The notes: generated by a model not told the origin, from the letters alone. A DNA stretch of 62,953 nt, filler included, from Aduncisulcus paluster (GCA_024181965.1; 7 parts of 7 records of this genome joined end to end with filler, not necessarily neighbours in it); one strand, 5' to 3'; counted from the whole stretch's first letter, positions 1 to 12,729 are shown. A program made the numbers and translations.

Positions 1-708
1 TCCATTGCTACTTTGGATGCTTCTGTTGATTGTATAAAAATGTCGCTACCAGACGGACTTGAACCCACGCTCCAAGAACACGCTGGAGAGATTGTTTGTC
101 TCCGAGAGTGCATTGAACATGTCTGGAGACGCGTCGAGCAACGATGGGCACAAATTGGAGAAGAGTCTGGAGCTAATGAAAAGGTATGTGTTCAAATTAA
201 GGAACTTCCTCCAAGTCTGCTTGTGTCTTCTATGATGGAAGAGAAAGAGGAGAAGAGAAAGAGAAGAGAGGAAGAGGAAGAAGAGGAAGGAGAAGAGAAG
301 AAGGGAGAAAATGAGAAGAGGTTAGGGTCTTATGATGTGAGACTATCCTCTCTTGAAAAATCTCTTCAAGATATTCTTAAACAATTTGCTGATCGTAAGA
401 TTGGAGAACGTGAGAGAGTTGAAGCTGAGGATCAAAGAGCCGCCAGTGAAGTCCAGCGAAGGATACGTGATAAGGAAATCGATGAGGAGAGGAAACTATT
501 GTTTGGAGTCGTTGAAGAGTTACAAGGGCGGAATTCAGAGTTAGAAAAAGAAGTTCAAGCAAAAGAACGAAGAATAGTCCAACTGGAAAGCAGATTTACA
601 ACTCTTGCGAAAACCATTTCTGCTATGGCTGAGAAGATGTTTTCTTTGGAGCATGTGGTATATGAATCAAGCAGTTCTCAACCAATAGAAGTGAAGAGAG
701 AGGAATAA
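1..708 (+). CDS. 3' part of a hypothetical coiled-coil, E/K/R-rich protein (5' end outside the window)
   Basis: Frame open from base 1 to TAA 706-708; heptad-like, charged composition; AT-rich 3' flank. Confidence 0.6.
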   Translation, partial: SIATLDASVDCIKMSLPDGLEPTLQEHAGEIVCLRECIEHVWRRVEQRWAQIGEESGANEKVCVQIKELPPSLLVSSMMEEKEEKRKRREEEEEEEGEEKKGENEKRLGSYDVRLSSLEKSLQDILKQFADRKIGERERVEAEDQRAASEVQRRIRDKEIDEERKLLFGVVEELQGRNSELEKEVQAKERRIVQLESRFTTLAKTISAMAEKMFSLEHVVYESSSSQPIEVKREE

Positions 709-834
709 ATTTTAATAAAATTATTTTATTATCTGACGGTCAGACTGACCAAAACCCATACACCTCTACAACTTTTACGGCTCTCTGATGATTGCTATAG
801 GATGCCCCTGCCTTGTTCAGAAGGGACAACTCAC

Positions 835-1987
835 CCAAGCAATCGAATACATACTGTAAGCGGCTGACTAGGACTTTAGATTATGAATAAATTATATTTG
901 CAACATTTGTTCGGTGATACAAATTTACTATTCGAATGCGTGATTCGAATACTTGTTCATGTCTGCCTAACAATACTTAAAATGCCTGCTAACACTTTCC
1001 CCTTACAATAATAAATTTGCTAACGTCTTTATTTACGGTACCACCACAGTTCTGGCAAGTTATGCACTTCACAGACGAGGATTTGGATGATGAAATGTGA
1101 TATTTTACAAAGATTTTGTGCTAATACGATGATGGATGGGTTAAAATGATGTTCTTAATGCTGAACAATGCTTAATAATGGAAATATGAAATGACATTTC
1201 TAAAAATAGAATTTCTAAAAATAGAATTTGTGTTTCCAATATAGTGTGTTTGGTTCCATTTTTCTGTTTAAAAGCCTTTGATGCATTTTTTTTTATTCCG
1301 AATCAGCTCAATTTGTAAATAGTAAACTATTCTGGTGATTAGTCGAAGATATCCAATAATAATCGAATCATTTGTGGTCTGAGTGAACTCTGAGGTATTC
1401 AATGACATCTCTTCGAAATGAAATCCCTGTGACAAAGGAGGATGTAGATAAGGGAAGCTAAACCTGACATCAAAGGAGAATATCCAGAGAGGATCGTCAC
1501 CTCGAGCTTCCGAGAGACAGCCATCCCATTGATCTTATAGAGGTTGATGTCATTGTGTTACTGTAAAATAACAAGAACAAGATAACATAGATGATGTTTT
1601 ACATAATAATGAGAAATCAATGAGTAAAGAAATGTCGAAAATGCATCTACAAGATCCAAGCTGAACAAAAACAGAATCTTCCACTACAAATTCTTGAATT
1701 AGACCGAACATTCCAAAACTAATATTCCCATTGGACAAGTTTAACTTGAATAAACCCCCCAATGATCTCTCAAAATGACGAGCAAATTTTATAATATTAA
1801 CATTTTAACATAAGCCACTCTTAAATAGAATAGAATATCGATCTGCAGTAGAAAAACACAATTATCCACTCTGCCAAGCGAATACATACTTAAAATGCCT
1901 GTTAACAAGCAAATACAAGTATAATATCTGATATAGACAGAATAATTTCATGTGTTTCTAAAAATAGAAATTCTAAAAATAGATTTC
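835..1987. repeat. Two diverged copies of a non-coding element (about 835-1230 and 1874-1987)
   Basis: Shared colinear words CCAAGC..CGAATACATACT, ATACTTAAAATGCCTG(C/T)TAACA and a tandem TTCTAAAAATAGA pair. Confidence 0.6.
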
Positions 1988-2922
1988 ATTGTTTAGTTTT
2001 GACTTATTTCTGGTGTTTCTATCTCTGTAAGTGGATGAATAGTTGGAAATAACATATTTTTTCTCTGGATTGATCAATTTTCTTGCACATCATGAAGAGA
2101 AAAGAAGGATATTGGATGGAGTCGAAGCAGAAAATCAGAACAGACTCAATTCCTGACCTATGTATTGTAACAAAGAGATTAAATCGATGGAATGGTTATC
2201 CTTTTAGGGTAATTTGTTATAATATTGGATCAATTAATCTCATTCGAACGCTCAATAGAATCAACAGATATGGGATAGATCAGTAAAATAAAAGCTCAGT
2301 AATATTGGTAAGTTCGGTGATTACATCTTTATCTCAAGATATTTAATCTTATTAAAATCACGATAACACACTTGAACCCTATTTGATAAAAGATTGGTCA
2401 CGTTCGATCAGAAGGTATCATCTGTTTCAGAAAACACATATTAGAACCTATTCACACACCTTTTGGTCTCGAGAATGGGGATATTTCCTTTATATCATAC
2501 AACTTTCGAGAAGAATTGACACCTAAATATTGATGAAAACATGTCGTTGTGCAGAAAACAACGATTTTTATGAAAACGGGGTTCAACAATGGTTGTTGCA
2601 ATAATATTAAAATATTTCAAATTGATAAAACATTTTATCCACAGATCCAATTGTTATTCCCTGATAAATAGATATCCAAAATGACTTCTTGAAAGTTTCG
2701 TCGTTTGGCTACAATTGATATACCATTCGGAGTCATTTTTGTAATTCCAAGTACGTTTTGCATTATTAATGTTTTTTTACTTCCATTCATATCCTTGAAT
2801 ATCGTCTAATGTTTATGCCTCAATGACTGTTTCCATTATCTCTTAATTATAGGGATATTTTCACTGACCCCTTTTATTCAATATCAACCTTAATTGTAGT
2901 TGTATAATATCGTATTCTATCA

Positions 2923-5900
2923 ATGGAAAAGGACATATCTAAACCATTGAGAAATTCCTCACATAGAGGGTCTTCCTCCTCGTCAAAACCAAAACATTCT
3001 GGCCACAAGCGTAAAAAACATGATTCCAAGACATTAACTTCCGCATCTGCTCTCGAATCTCTGTGTCGATTGGGTGAAGGTGGATTTGGAGAAGTTAATC
3101 TTGTGGCTATTAAAGGAATTGCTGGCGTTTATGTCTTGAAGAAAATGCTTCGAGTCGGTGATAAGAGAGTTATTAAAGCATGTCATCAAGAATTTGATAC
3201 TCAGGTAGGATTGTTCATGAACCCAAGATGTTTCAATCGTATTCCTCGTCCGATGTACATTCTTGATCTTCTCGATGAGAAGTATGAAGGAGTCTATGGA
3301 TTCTGCATGGAATACTGTCGAGGTGGCAGTGTTAAAGACTTTGCCAAGAGTTGGTGTGCACCTGGTGAGGGAGTTTCATCCGTTAAGCATCATGAGGACT
3401 CTGAAGATTCAACCTCTGAGTCAAGCTCTGAGTCAAGCTCTGAACAATCCATTCACATTAATCCCATGACATTAAACCCCCTTCAAGTTGCTTCCTTATG
3501 CATTGGAATGATTGAGTGTCTAGATGACGTATTCATGGCCAAACCTGAACTTGCCCATCGAGATGTGAAACCTGAGAATTTCCTTGTTCGTTTTGATGAC
3601 AAAAGTGGAGAATGTACCATTGTTCTTGCTGATCTCGGTCTTGCCAGAATCCAAGATTCCATCTCGTCCTCTTCCTCTTCCAAGAGTTTCGAAGCCTCTT
3701 CCTCTCACCTTAAATCCCATGATAAAGCTGATGCAAAAACCAAAGACCGCTCCATTTGTGGGACTTTGGTTTATAATTCTTTTGAAGCACTTCGATTTGG
3801 TCAACAGAGCCAAGAAAGTGATGCCCATTCTCTTGGTATGTCCATTCTTGCATTATTCACATGTCAAGACCCCTTTATCAACATGCCGATCTTTAGAGGA
3901 ATCTCTGACTCTGTTGATATTGTTAGTACGCTTGTCTCACTCATGGAGAAGAATCTAACTCCTCAAATATCCAGTGAGCCTCTTTTCAGAACCCTCAAGA
4001 CCATTGAAGATGGCAAGTTCAAGCCTGTTCATGATTGTTTGAATGAAGTGTTCAAAGGTCTGACTTTATTGGATGTTGATAAACGTATGAAAGTGCACAC
4101 TGCTCGTGAGAAAGTTCAGTCGATTAAGCATCTCCTCCCAAAGATTGGAGAAGGTTGGAAATGTCCATCCATTGATGATATTGTGGAGATGCAACTTGAG
4201 GAATATGGAGGTGATCCTGGGAGTATCATTGAAGGAAGTGAGGGTAAGAAGAAAGATGAATCGCAGACCGACATGGACCATGAATCTCTTCAAAGCATTG
4301 AACAGTTTGATCAAGCTTGGGATGATAGTTTGAGGAGTCAAGTCATCATTCCATCTTCCTCTTCCTCTTCCTCTTCCTCTTCCAATCCTCTGATTCAACT
4401 GACACGAATGAATCCCCTTTCACCCTCTGACCTCAAGACAATGGTTAGAGATATTAAAGGGACAGTATCACAAGAATCTCTGACATCTCTCTATGAACGG
4501 TCTTCTCGTCGTCTCAAGGAAACTTTTGAAGAATGGCTCATCAAGTTCTCTATAAACTCCATTCCCATCTCATCCTCTTCCCTTGCATCTGGTATCTCTC
4601 TGTTCACACTTTGTTTCGAATGTCTCTCCCTATTCGTACGACATGAACACTCCTCATCCCCAATCTCTGATATTGATGCAGCAGCTGGAAGTGTGAGCAC
4701 ATTGACACTCGATGAAGAGTCTTTCAAAGATTTGATTGAGACCTTTTTAGCACCCATGATTCGAGTTGTATCTTCTCTGAGAAAGCTGGATGAAGATACC
4801 GAAGGAAAAGGTAATGAAGGTCTTATTGTTATTGAAAGAGCATTGGTTCATATTGTGTTGNNNNNNNNNNNNNNNNNNNNCACATTGACACTCGATGAAG
4901 AGTCTTTCAAAGATTTGATTGAGACCTTTTTAGCACCCATGATTCGAGTTGTATCTTCTCTGAGAAAGCTGGATGAAGATACCGAAGGAAAAGGTAATGA
5001 AGGTCTTATTGTTATTGAAAGAGCATTGGTTCATATTGTGTTGATTGCTGAAGAGACAGTTGATGATTTCAAGTCCAAACTGATTCCTCAAATATCTTCT
5101 GTATTGATGCGGGTTGTTGATGAATTTGATCATAAAACTTTGGTTGATACTATTAAGAAATGTTCAGACTCAGAGTCAACTTCAAAAATTTACCACGAAC
5201 ATCGAGCATCCATTCTCTCTGTCTTCCTTGCATGCCAATCGAGAGGTGAAATAGAAGAACACAAAAGGGAGATTGTTCTGTGTTGTCAATGTTTAATGTG
5301 TTTTTTCAGACATTATATTTCTAATTTTATCTATCTCCCTATTCCTGATCTGAATGATCTCATTGATACTTTCATTAGTCATCTATCAAGAGTTGAGAGT
5401 ATATTGGAGGGAGATGTCGATGAGGATTATTGTTGGATTTGTATGGATTATACTTACGAAGTTCAAGAAAAAAGGGATTCCTTCCTTCCCAAGATATCTC
5501 CCACTTTCCACCGCATTCTTGAAAGAGGAAGCAAGGAAAAGTTGGAAGAGAAAATCTCAAAAAGGTTATTACAGACCCTCAGAAATATTTCCAATTCTTC
5601 TTCTTCTTCCACTCTATCATCCATCTTCACCCTCATCAAACCATATATAAAGGATTGGATGAGGATATATCGGGATATGGAGTATTATAATCAGTGGATT
5701 GTCATGTTAGATAACTTTATATCAGATGTTTCACTTTTCAAAATCATATGTTCCGAATCGTGGCCATTCTTCCACCCTATTCTTAATGTTGTGAAAAGAG
5801 AATGTTCTGGAGATAAAATTGTTGAGAGTGCAGATTATTTTTATGTTTTAAGAATCTTCTCAAACCTGTGTTCTGATCCCTCCCATGTTCAAGAAATATA

Positions 5901-6241
5901 TGACAACGTCAAGGATCTTCTCGATGGTTGGTATGAAGCTGTGAAGAAGGAGAAACATGAAAGGGGAATCAGATACTGGTCACAACTCATTTCCATGCTA
6001 TCCACTGATACATCTCTTGTTCCTCTCTTGTCTCCTAAATATGATTCCCACATGGAGTGGTGTAAGGATAATGGCGGTTGGGAGAGTGACTATTCAAAGT
6101 ATTGCTCCAACTATTCTCAATATCTGAAGAAATTGGAAGACTTGGTCAGTTTCATAAAGAAATGTCCAGACTCAGAGTCAACTTCTAAACTCTACCATGA
6201 ACATAGAGATGGATTTCTTTCTGTTTTTCGTGGATTCGAAT
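2923..6241 (+). CDS. Kinase/ARM-like super-repeat family protein, member 1 (kinase + bridge half-repeat + at least 1 repeat; 3' end cut by contig end)
   Basis: GEGGFG, VLKK, HRDVKPEN, DLG, GTLVYNSFE, SDAHSLG. Repeat starts IKKCSD (TGT 5161) and IKKCPD (TGT 6163), period 1002 nt. 4881-5043 is an assembly duplicate. Confidence 0.92.
4861..5043. other. N20 scaffold gap followed by an artefactual duplicate of 4698-4860
   Basis: 163 nt repeated on both sides of the gap. Confidence 0.9.
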
Positions 6242-6341
6242 NNNNNNNNNNNNNNNNNNNNNNNNNNNNNNNNNNNNNNNNNNNNTTAATTAATTAANNN
6301 NNNNNNNNNNNNNNNNNNNNNNNNNNNNNNNNNNNNNNNNN
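6242..6341. other. Artificial contig spacer (N44 + TTAATTAATTAA six-frame stop + N44)
   Basis: Identical 100-nt spacer occurs six times. Confidence 0.97.
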
Positions 6342-6812
6342 GATGCTTACTCTCTTGGAATCTCCTTACTTGCATTGTTCTTGTGTTGTGATCCTTTTCT
6401 TCAGATTCCTGCCTTGAAAGTAGCTGGAAGTCCTGCAGAGTTCATCAAAGAGCTTATGATCCTTTTGAAAAGTAATTTATGTCCAACAATCGTTCAATCT
6501 CCCCTTTTCAAAACCCTTTTGACCATTGAGGATGGCAAGTACGAACCTGTTCATAAAGTGTTTGATGAAGTATTCACAGGTCTCACTCTGCTTGATGTTG
6601 ACAAACGCATGAGTGTGCATGAAGCTCGTGTGAAAGTCCAATGCATCAAACCTTTCCTTCCCACGATTGGCGAAGACTATGAGTGTCCAAGCATTGAAGC
6701 CATTATCCGTGAACAATGCAAGAAGTATGGTGGCTCTGTTGGAACCATTGAAGGAATGAGATGTGGTGTTGCTGGTGTTGAGCATGAGGAAGGTTGGGAT
6801 CAGAGTCAGTGA
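6342..6812 (+). CDS. C-terminal part of a kinase-only member (member 2) of the same family; 5' end cut by contig end
   Basis: DAYSLG...DPF...SPLFKTLLTIEDGKYEPVH...KRMSVHEA...CPSI...GWD, then TGA; aligns with members 1, 3 and 5. Confidence 0.85.
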   Translation, partial: DAYSLGISLLALFLCCDPFLQIPALKVAGSPAEFIKELMILLKSNLCPTIVQSPLFKTLLTIEDGKYEPVHKVFDEVFTGLTLLDVDKRMSVHEARVKVQCIKPFLPTIGEDYECPSIEAIIREQCKKYGGSVGTIEGMRCGVAGVEHEEGWDQSQ

Positions 6813-6908
6813 GTGATGTAGAAAGATTCTGATGTAAGATTTTATTTTTATTCTTAATGGTATCAAGTTAATGGAACAATTGAGAGAAGAGTTCATTTCA
6901 AGCTTGAA

Positions 6909-6948
6909 GTTGATTGTTGATTGTTGATTGTTGATTGTTGATTGTTGA
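6909..6948. repeat. (GTTGATT)n microsatellite, about 5.7 copies
   Basis: Seen directly. Confidence 0.9.
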
Positions 6949-7025
6949 ACAAGTTGCACACTCTCCTTCACGATGAGACACTATTATTGAACTTGTTCAT
7001 TTCTCCTTCAACCTTCTTGCAGTAC

Positions 7026-9516
7026 TCATTCAGTTACTGAGTTAGTACTCAGAGAACAAGATCTGCTACCAGCTGCAAAAATAAAATAAGAAAATAACCC
7101 TATAATATGCTTCTTGTGTGGACTAAACAACCGTTGCATAACTCCTCGAGTCATGGAGAAGGGCGAAAGTGGGGGAAGGAGAAGAGAGTCAAGTGATAGA
7201 AGAGGAGAGAAGCTGAGCTCTCCACCTCTACCTCTACCACTACCTCTACCACTACCACTAGCACCACATGCCATGCATCACTGTGTCTGAAGTGGGCAAA
7301 TGATTCAAGGAGGTTCAGCGGCATGCAAGGATCCCACGTGTACTGCACGACTATGCTGAACTCCATAGTCAGGCGATAGAGCAACATCAGGTTAGTTTCT
7401 CAAGAAGAGCAGTTTCTAAATTGATCGAGATATTTTTAGATTTCTTCTCACCTGGTAGTGTTTTTGGGAAGAGAACGGGGATCGAATGACGGAGCATTTC
7501 AAGATATTCCTGTGAGTGTCCATCACTTCGATAGTTCCCATCTTTCTCATCTTCTCTCTCTTCTTTATCGTTTCCTGTAACACTGGCATCCTTCTTGGAT
7601 TTTTGATGATGATTGCCTTGAGGCTTGGATGCAGCGGCACTCTTGGAAGTGGAAGATAAAGTCTTTGAAGAAGGTTTAGAAGAACCATTACCAGTACTTT
7701 TCCCTTTTCCCTCTTTCATTCCTTCCCTCTCTTCTTCTTCTTCTTCTCCCTTAACACATCCTTCTTCTCCCTTATGTACTGCATCAGACAGAACTACATC
7801 AGACAGCACTTCAACACACACAGGGATCTTGACAACAGGGAAGATGGCTTCGACAGCAGAGCGAGGGATAGAAAGATCCTCAATCGGTGGGAACAACAGA
7901 TCATCGCATTCAAGAGCACCAAGAGGCTCACTCGCACTGATCAGCACAACAATTCGAAGAAGCGCATCGTTTGTGGCACCGATCGGAATATCGGCACTGA
8001 TCTTGACTTTTTTTTGACTCCCCACTCCCCAAAATGAACGAAGATGGAGACACGACAAAACGAATGCCCATTCAATGCCATAAGTTGTTCTTGTTCGTGA
8101 TGATATTCATCACCATCATCATCATTATTATCATCATTATTATTGCTGATATCTCTTCCTTCCTCTTCCTTAGTTCATCAACTAATTCAACTTCTTCAAC
8201 TTCTTCAACTTTGGAGACAACAGATCTTGCTTCAACATCATCGTAGGTCTGCAATCAAGTCTGACCTTTCGTTTGTTGGATGCAACCTTGTCGATGTTCT
8301 TAACGGTTACCTCCACGGATGCTCTCTCTCCACACACATTGACAGCACTCTTGATCAGCGTATGTGAGGGCACGATGAGTGGAGGAATACCTGTCCATTT
8401 GACTCGAACAATACGTTTCCAGCCCCATTGTGCACCCACAAGCTCCACATCTTCACTCCTCTCACCCTCACTGTTACAACACACACTGAGGTTCACCTCC
8501 TGGGTGGCATCACCAGTCAGGGCTGACCCAAGGATCACGGCGCCAAACGATGAAATGCTATTGTTACCACCACTGCCACTGCCACTGCCACGACCAAGGC
8601 TAAGACTAAGATAATTGCTAAGACGCCTTGAGATGTTCTGTAACCCCTTTCTCCTCTCGACAAGACCATCAATGTAAGCTTGATCTTCAGCCTCGTGGTG
8701 CAAAAACTCTTCGATTTCCTGCATCGTGTATTTGGACGAAACACTACTCGCTTCAAGAACATCACGAGTCGTTTCGTCAGTCCTCCACGCAGTCATTCTG
8801 GACAAGCTATCAGTCTCACACCTCCCGTACTTCCTTCACCTGGCGCTGGGTTTTTCTTCAGTGCGATAACTCTGCTTAAATCATGCTCTATGCATGTCTT
8901 CTTTCCTTCCAGGGTCTCAAGGATGCACCCCAAAAGAGGGTCATCAACTGTTTCCCTGATGATATGAATGTCACATTGAGCTTCTCCAAGAAGACAGTCT
9001 TTCTGAGCGCTTTTTAAACTTTTTAAATGATATGAATTCCCATTAGCATCATTATTCACCATGGAATATGTGGTTTCTTGATTAATAAGTGATCCATCGT
9101 CGGATATTGTTACAAATTGGCCGTCAGTAGGGAAAGGAAGAGTCACGAAAGTTACTGCTGATTCACTCCTTGAAATGAGTACAAATCCTTCTGAAATAGC
9201 AGATTTAACAGAAACATCTTCTGTGGCGTTGAGAAAAGAATATTCAACAGAAAGGATACCGTCATTTAGTCCAGCATACTTTATATACGCCAAAAGAGTT
9301 CAGATCAGATGAATGAATAAATTGGGTATCGTGATTGTGTAATGTAGCATCTCCATCGATCCATTTTTTTATAAAATACTTTAAATTCATACAAAAAGAT
9401 GATTTCATTGTTGCTTGATGTTGTGGACATTTAAGTCTTATTATCTGATACACATCGAATAAAATATCCATTATAATATTTGTTTCATGTGATTTATTTA
9501 ATGTATTCATCTTCAT
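7026..9516 (-). pseudogene. Multiply frameshifted gene of unknown product
   Basis: Chain of overlapping or abutting protein-like ORFs (9516-9262, 9293-8793, 8805-8182, 8254-8072, 8058-7387, 7387-7151, 7274-7026) linked by small indels, several in homopolymer or dinucleotide runs. Confidence 0.6.
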
Positions 9517-9685
9517 TTAGCTATATTTGCAATCCGAGTCGCTATTGCAACTCCTCTGTTTGATTTTTTTCAAAACTAATAAAAAGCAGAAAAACCTAAT
9601 ATATAGATATTAAGCACATTTTATTTAATTTTAAGCTGATATATTGCCGTTTTCTTCTCCTCCACATAAACAACCCTTTTTTGTC

Positions 9686-12395
9686 ATGAAGAAACTCGGG
9701 ACATGCATTCATGCTACTATGGCAGCATATGATTGTCGTTATTTTTCACATTTCGGAATTGCTGCCAGAAATATTGTTGGATGTATTAAAGATGAATGTT
9801 CAGATGAAAATACTGAATTGTTAAGGAAATTATGTTATTATTTTGCAAAATCTAGGGAATACGACATGTCATGTGCTGTTGCAAAAAGAATAATTGATAC
9901 ATGTAAGGAGGGAGATAAACCATCAAGTACTGGTGAATCTAATTTGTTTTCCGTTCATTGGTTGGATAGATTTCTGTATGCGCTGCTCCTTTTTAAAACT
10001 GACAGGGTAGGAATTGCAAAAAGAATTATATATACCATTGTATCTGATATCCATAGTTTTAAAGATTCACCGAGAGAAATAACCCCTGAAACATATGATG
10101 AATATTGTCAAGATTCTCATGAATTTCAACTACAATCGATATGTTCTTATTTATTTCTTAGCGTGTTGCTGGGTGAAAATCAGACTGAATGTATCAAATT
10201 TTTAAAGTTTATTGAAAATGAAGAAATTTATCGCAACAAAGTTGCGCATTCTGTGAAAGAAATGACCAAGAAGCGTGCTCAACAGTGGCGTAAAGACGAC
10301 GTAACTTCTTCCCCCACTGTACCGAATTCTATGGTCAGATATATCTCAAGTCATGATGATAAAAGCTTAGATCTTGAGTATTTATCGAACCCTCTCATTA
10401 TATCCCTAATTATCCGTTCATTCGAGCTGATATACTCCTTTGGTCTCCCACTGTTGGTTCTACGGCTAATTCCACTTTCTGACTGGATTTTTGCTTCAAT
10501 ATCACATTATAACCCCACAGAATTGAAATCAAACACCTCCTTAATTGGTATGGAAAGACAGATCCTATGGATTAAATCTCTTTCTTGGTGTGAATGTTCA
10601 CGACTTGAACCAAGGATGGAACAGAGAGAATCTCCTGACATGAAACGTTTGTCTGACTCTGCTGTCCATCTTGCCTGGTCTTCCTTCCTTCCCTTCCTTC
10701 CCGCATTCCTCTCCCTTGTCCACAATCTCTCTCCCTTTCCCTTCCCCTCTCCCCCCGAAGTCCATGCTCCCCGCGTCTCCTCTATACCCTTCACATGCCC
10801 TCTCTCACCTTCTCTCGCACCCTTCCCTCTCTTTCCTCCGATCTGATGCCTCTGCCTCTGCCTCTGCCTCTTCCTCTTCTCCACCCGATGATTCCTTGCC
10901 ACACCTTGTTCTCCTCGGAGAGCATCTGTGTGAATGCGGATGGACCATATGTGGTCTGGATGTCCTTACATATGCCGAAGGAGTGAGGAAAAGAATTGAA
11001 GAGAATCCTATTGATAGTGACAAGCAATCTCTCAAATCAACGACTCGCGGAACACATTCTCTGAGCAAGAAGACGGGGACTGGGGATATGTCGTTTACAG
11101 TTCATTCCCTTGCTGCTGTTGGAGTGAGTAAGAGCGACTCAGACATCAGTACGAATGAGTTCGACTTACTCTCTCTGATGGAGTCTCAAGAGACCAAATC
11201 CTCCCTCTCTCTTGCTTTCCTTTTGGCTTACTATGAGCTTCGTTGTTCCATTGAGTTTCTATTGGGTTATTCCCATACTCACTCTCTCCTCACCTCAGAG
11301 AATCCATTCTTCCCTTTCATGAAGAAATCCAAGAAAAGGAAGAGATTATCCAAGGGAGATAATAAGGAGAGGTCGCCTGGGTCAAGTCGGGAAGATCCTC
11401 CTTTGACAGACAGAGATGACGAGAGGGGAATGTCCGCCCGAGATGGTCTATTTAGCACTCCAAGGGGACTTAAGGAAGCTACTGATGCCTCTAAGACTTC
11501 TCCTATGCGTTCCGTCTCCTCTTTGTCGAGATCTCGTGTATTTTTGTCTCATAATCAGTCGAACATTGGTGTATCTGTTTTGAAACAACAGATCTTGCGT
11601 GATAAGCTTGTTATTTCATCCCATACGTCACCCATGTCATTTGCAGAGATATCACGAGCCCGCAGAGAGGTCCTTGGCAAGGAAGGCACAAGTAACCGAG
11701 TATACGCTCAAACATCTACAACTGCTGCCACGTACAGTAAGCGTTGTATCAAAGAAATGGAGGATCTTCACTCAAAACGGATGAGAGCACTCTCGACAAG
11801 AGGATGCGATTCGTTTGAAGAGACCATAGCTCGTCGATATGGAGTCAGAGAAGGAGATTCAATTCCTCCGATTGTACTCTCCATGTGTGGCTTATCTCTT
11901 GCTTTGACTGGAGAAGAAGAGGAGAGCGATATATTCATCAATAAGGCCATTTCAATGTCTCCTCTCTCTCCTTTTCCTTGGTTATGCCTTTCTCTTGCTC
12001 ATCTTGCTCGAGGGTGTGTTGATGCTGCCTATACAGCTACTTCCATTGTGATGAAGGTGGATGTCTTTGTGAATGTCCATTGGAGTGTTCTGTGTGATGT
12101 AGGTGCTATATTGTATCTGTGCGGCCGTATGAAGGAGTGTCTGGATGTGCTTGTTGAAGCGCGGGAAAGAGCAAGGAAAGAGTTCAGATCAGGCGGTGGG
12201 ATAAGGTGGGTCAGTGTGTTCGTCCAATTACACTTGCTTTTGTCTGATGTTTACAGCGATTTGGGTCTTGTTCAAGAGGAATCAGATGTTATTAACGAGC
12301 TTTATGAATATATAACCATTAACAATCATCTGTTCAAACCAAACATTCAAGGTGAGATGGAAGAGAGACTTGTAAGATTAAAACTCATGTTATAG
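9686..12395 (+). CDS. TPR-like helical-repeat protein with one apparent +1 frameshift (between 10671 and 10846, probably the C6 run near 10751)
   Basis: Two long overlapping ORFs; C-terminal TPR-like pairs (FINKAISMSPLSPFPWLCLSLAHLARG; VLCDVGAILYLCGRMKECLDVLVEA). Confidence 0.6.
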
Positions 12396-12729
12396 TCAGG
12401 TAAATAGAATCAATTTAATAAATTGCCTCATGAACTTCGGAAGGAGTTGAATTTCTAATCAATCGATATCGGAGGGAGATATAATTAACCTGCACTTAGA
12501 TTAATTTTATTCGTGAAAAATAATGAGTATTCTTTAACAGTTTATATTTGTTATATCTCAGAGATGCGTTGAAATCGTATCTCAGAATCCTGCCAATTAA
12601 CACGTAAATTTCTTTAATAATTATACGGTTTATTATATTTTGATTCCAATATTATGCATAAATAGGGTATGCACAACCTCTTTAACATGGATTGAGAATT
12701 CCAGGCATTTTCTTCGAGTTGAATATAAA

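Noticed and set aside
785..867. C/D box snoRNA or hammerhead (CTGATGA...CTGA)
   Set aside because: Imperfect C box, no terminal stem, no recognisable rRNA guide, and no GAAA core arrangement.
1400..2560. Coding-like fragments upstream of kinase member 1
   Set aside because: Too degraded to assign a frame or family.
4698..5043. Tandem duplications around the five N20 gaps as real repeats or domain duplications
   Set aside because: Each copy abuts the gap exactly and is identical or differs at one base, as expected of unmerged contig overlaps.
6286..6297. TTAATTAATTAA as a biological motif, and gene order across spacers
   Set aside because: It is a six-frame stop linker inside fixed N runs, so adjacency across spacers means nothing.
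9279..9288. 10-nt GT..AG micro-intron that would fix a frameshift
   Set aside because: Shorter than any known spliceosomal intron, and the gene's other shifts have no such solution.
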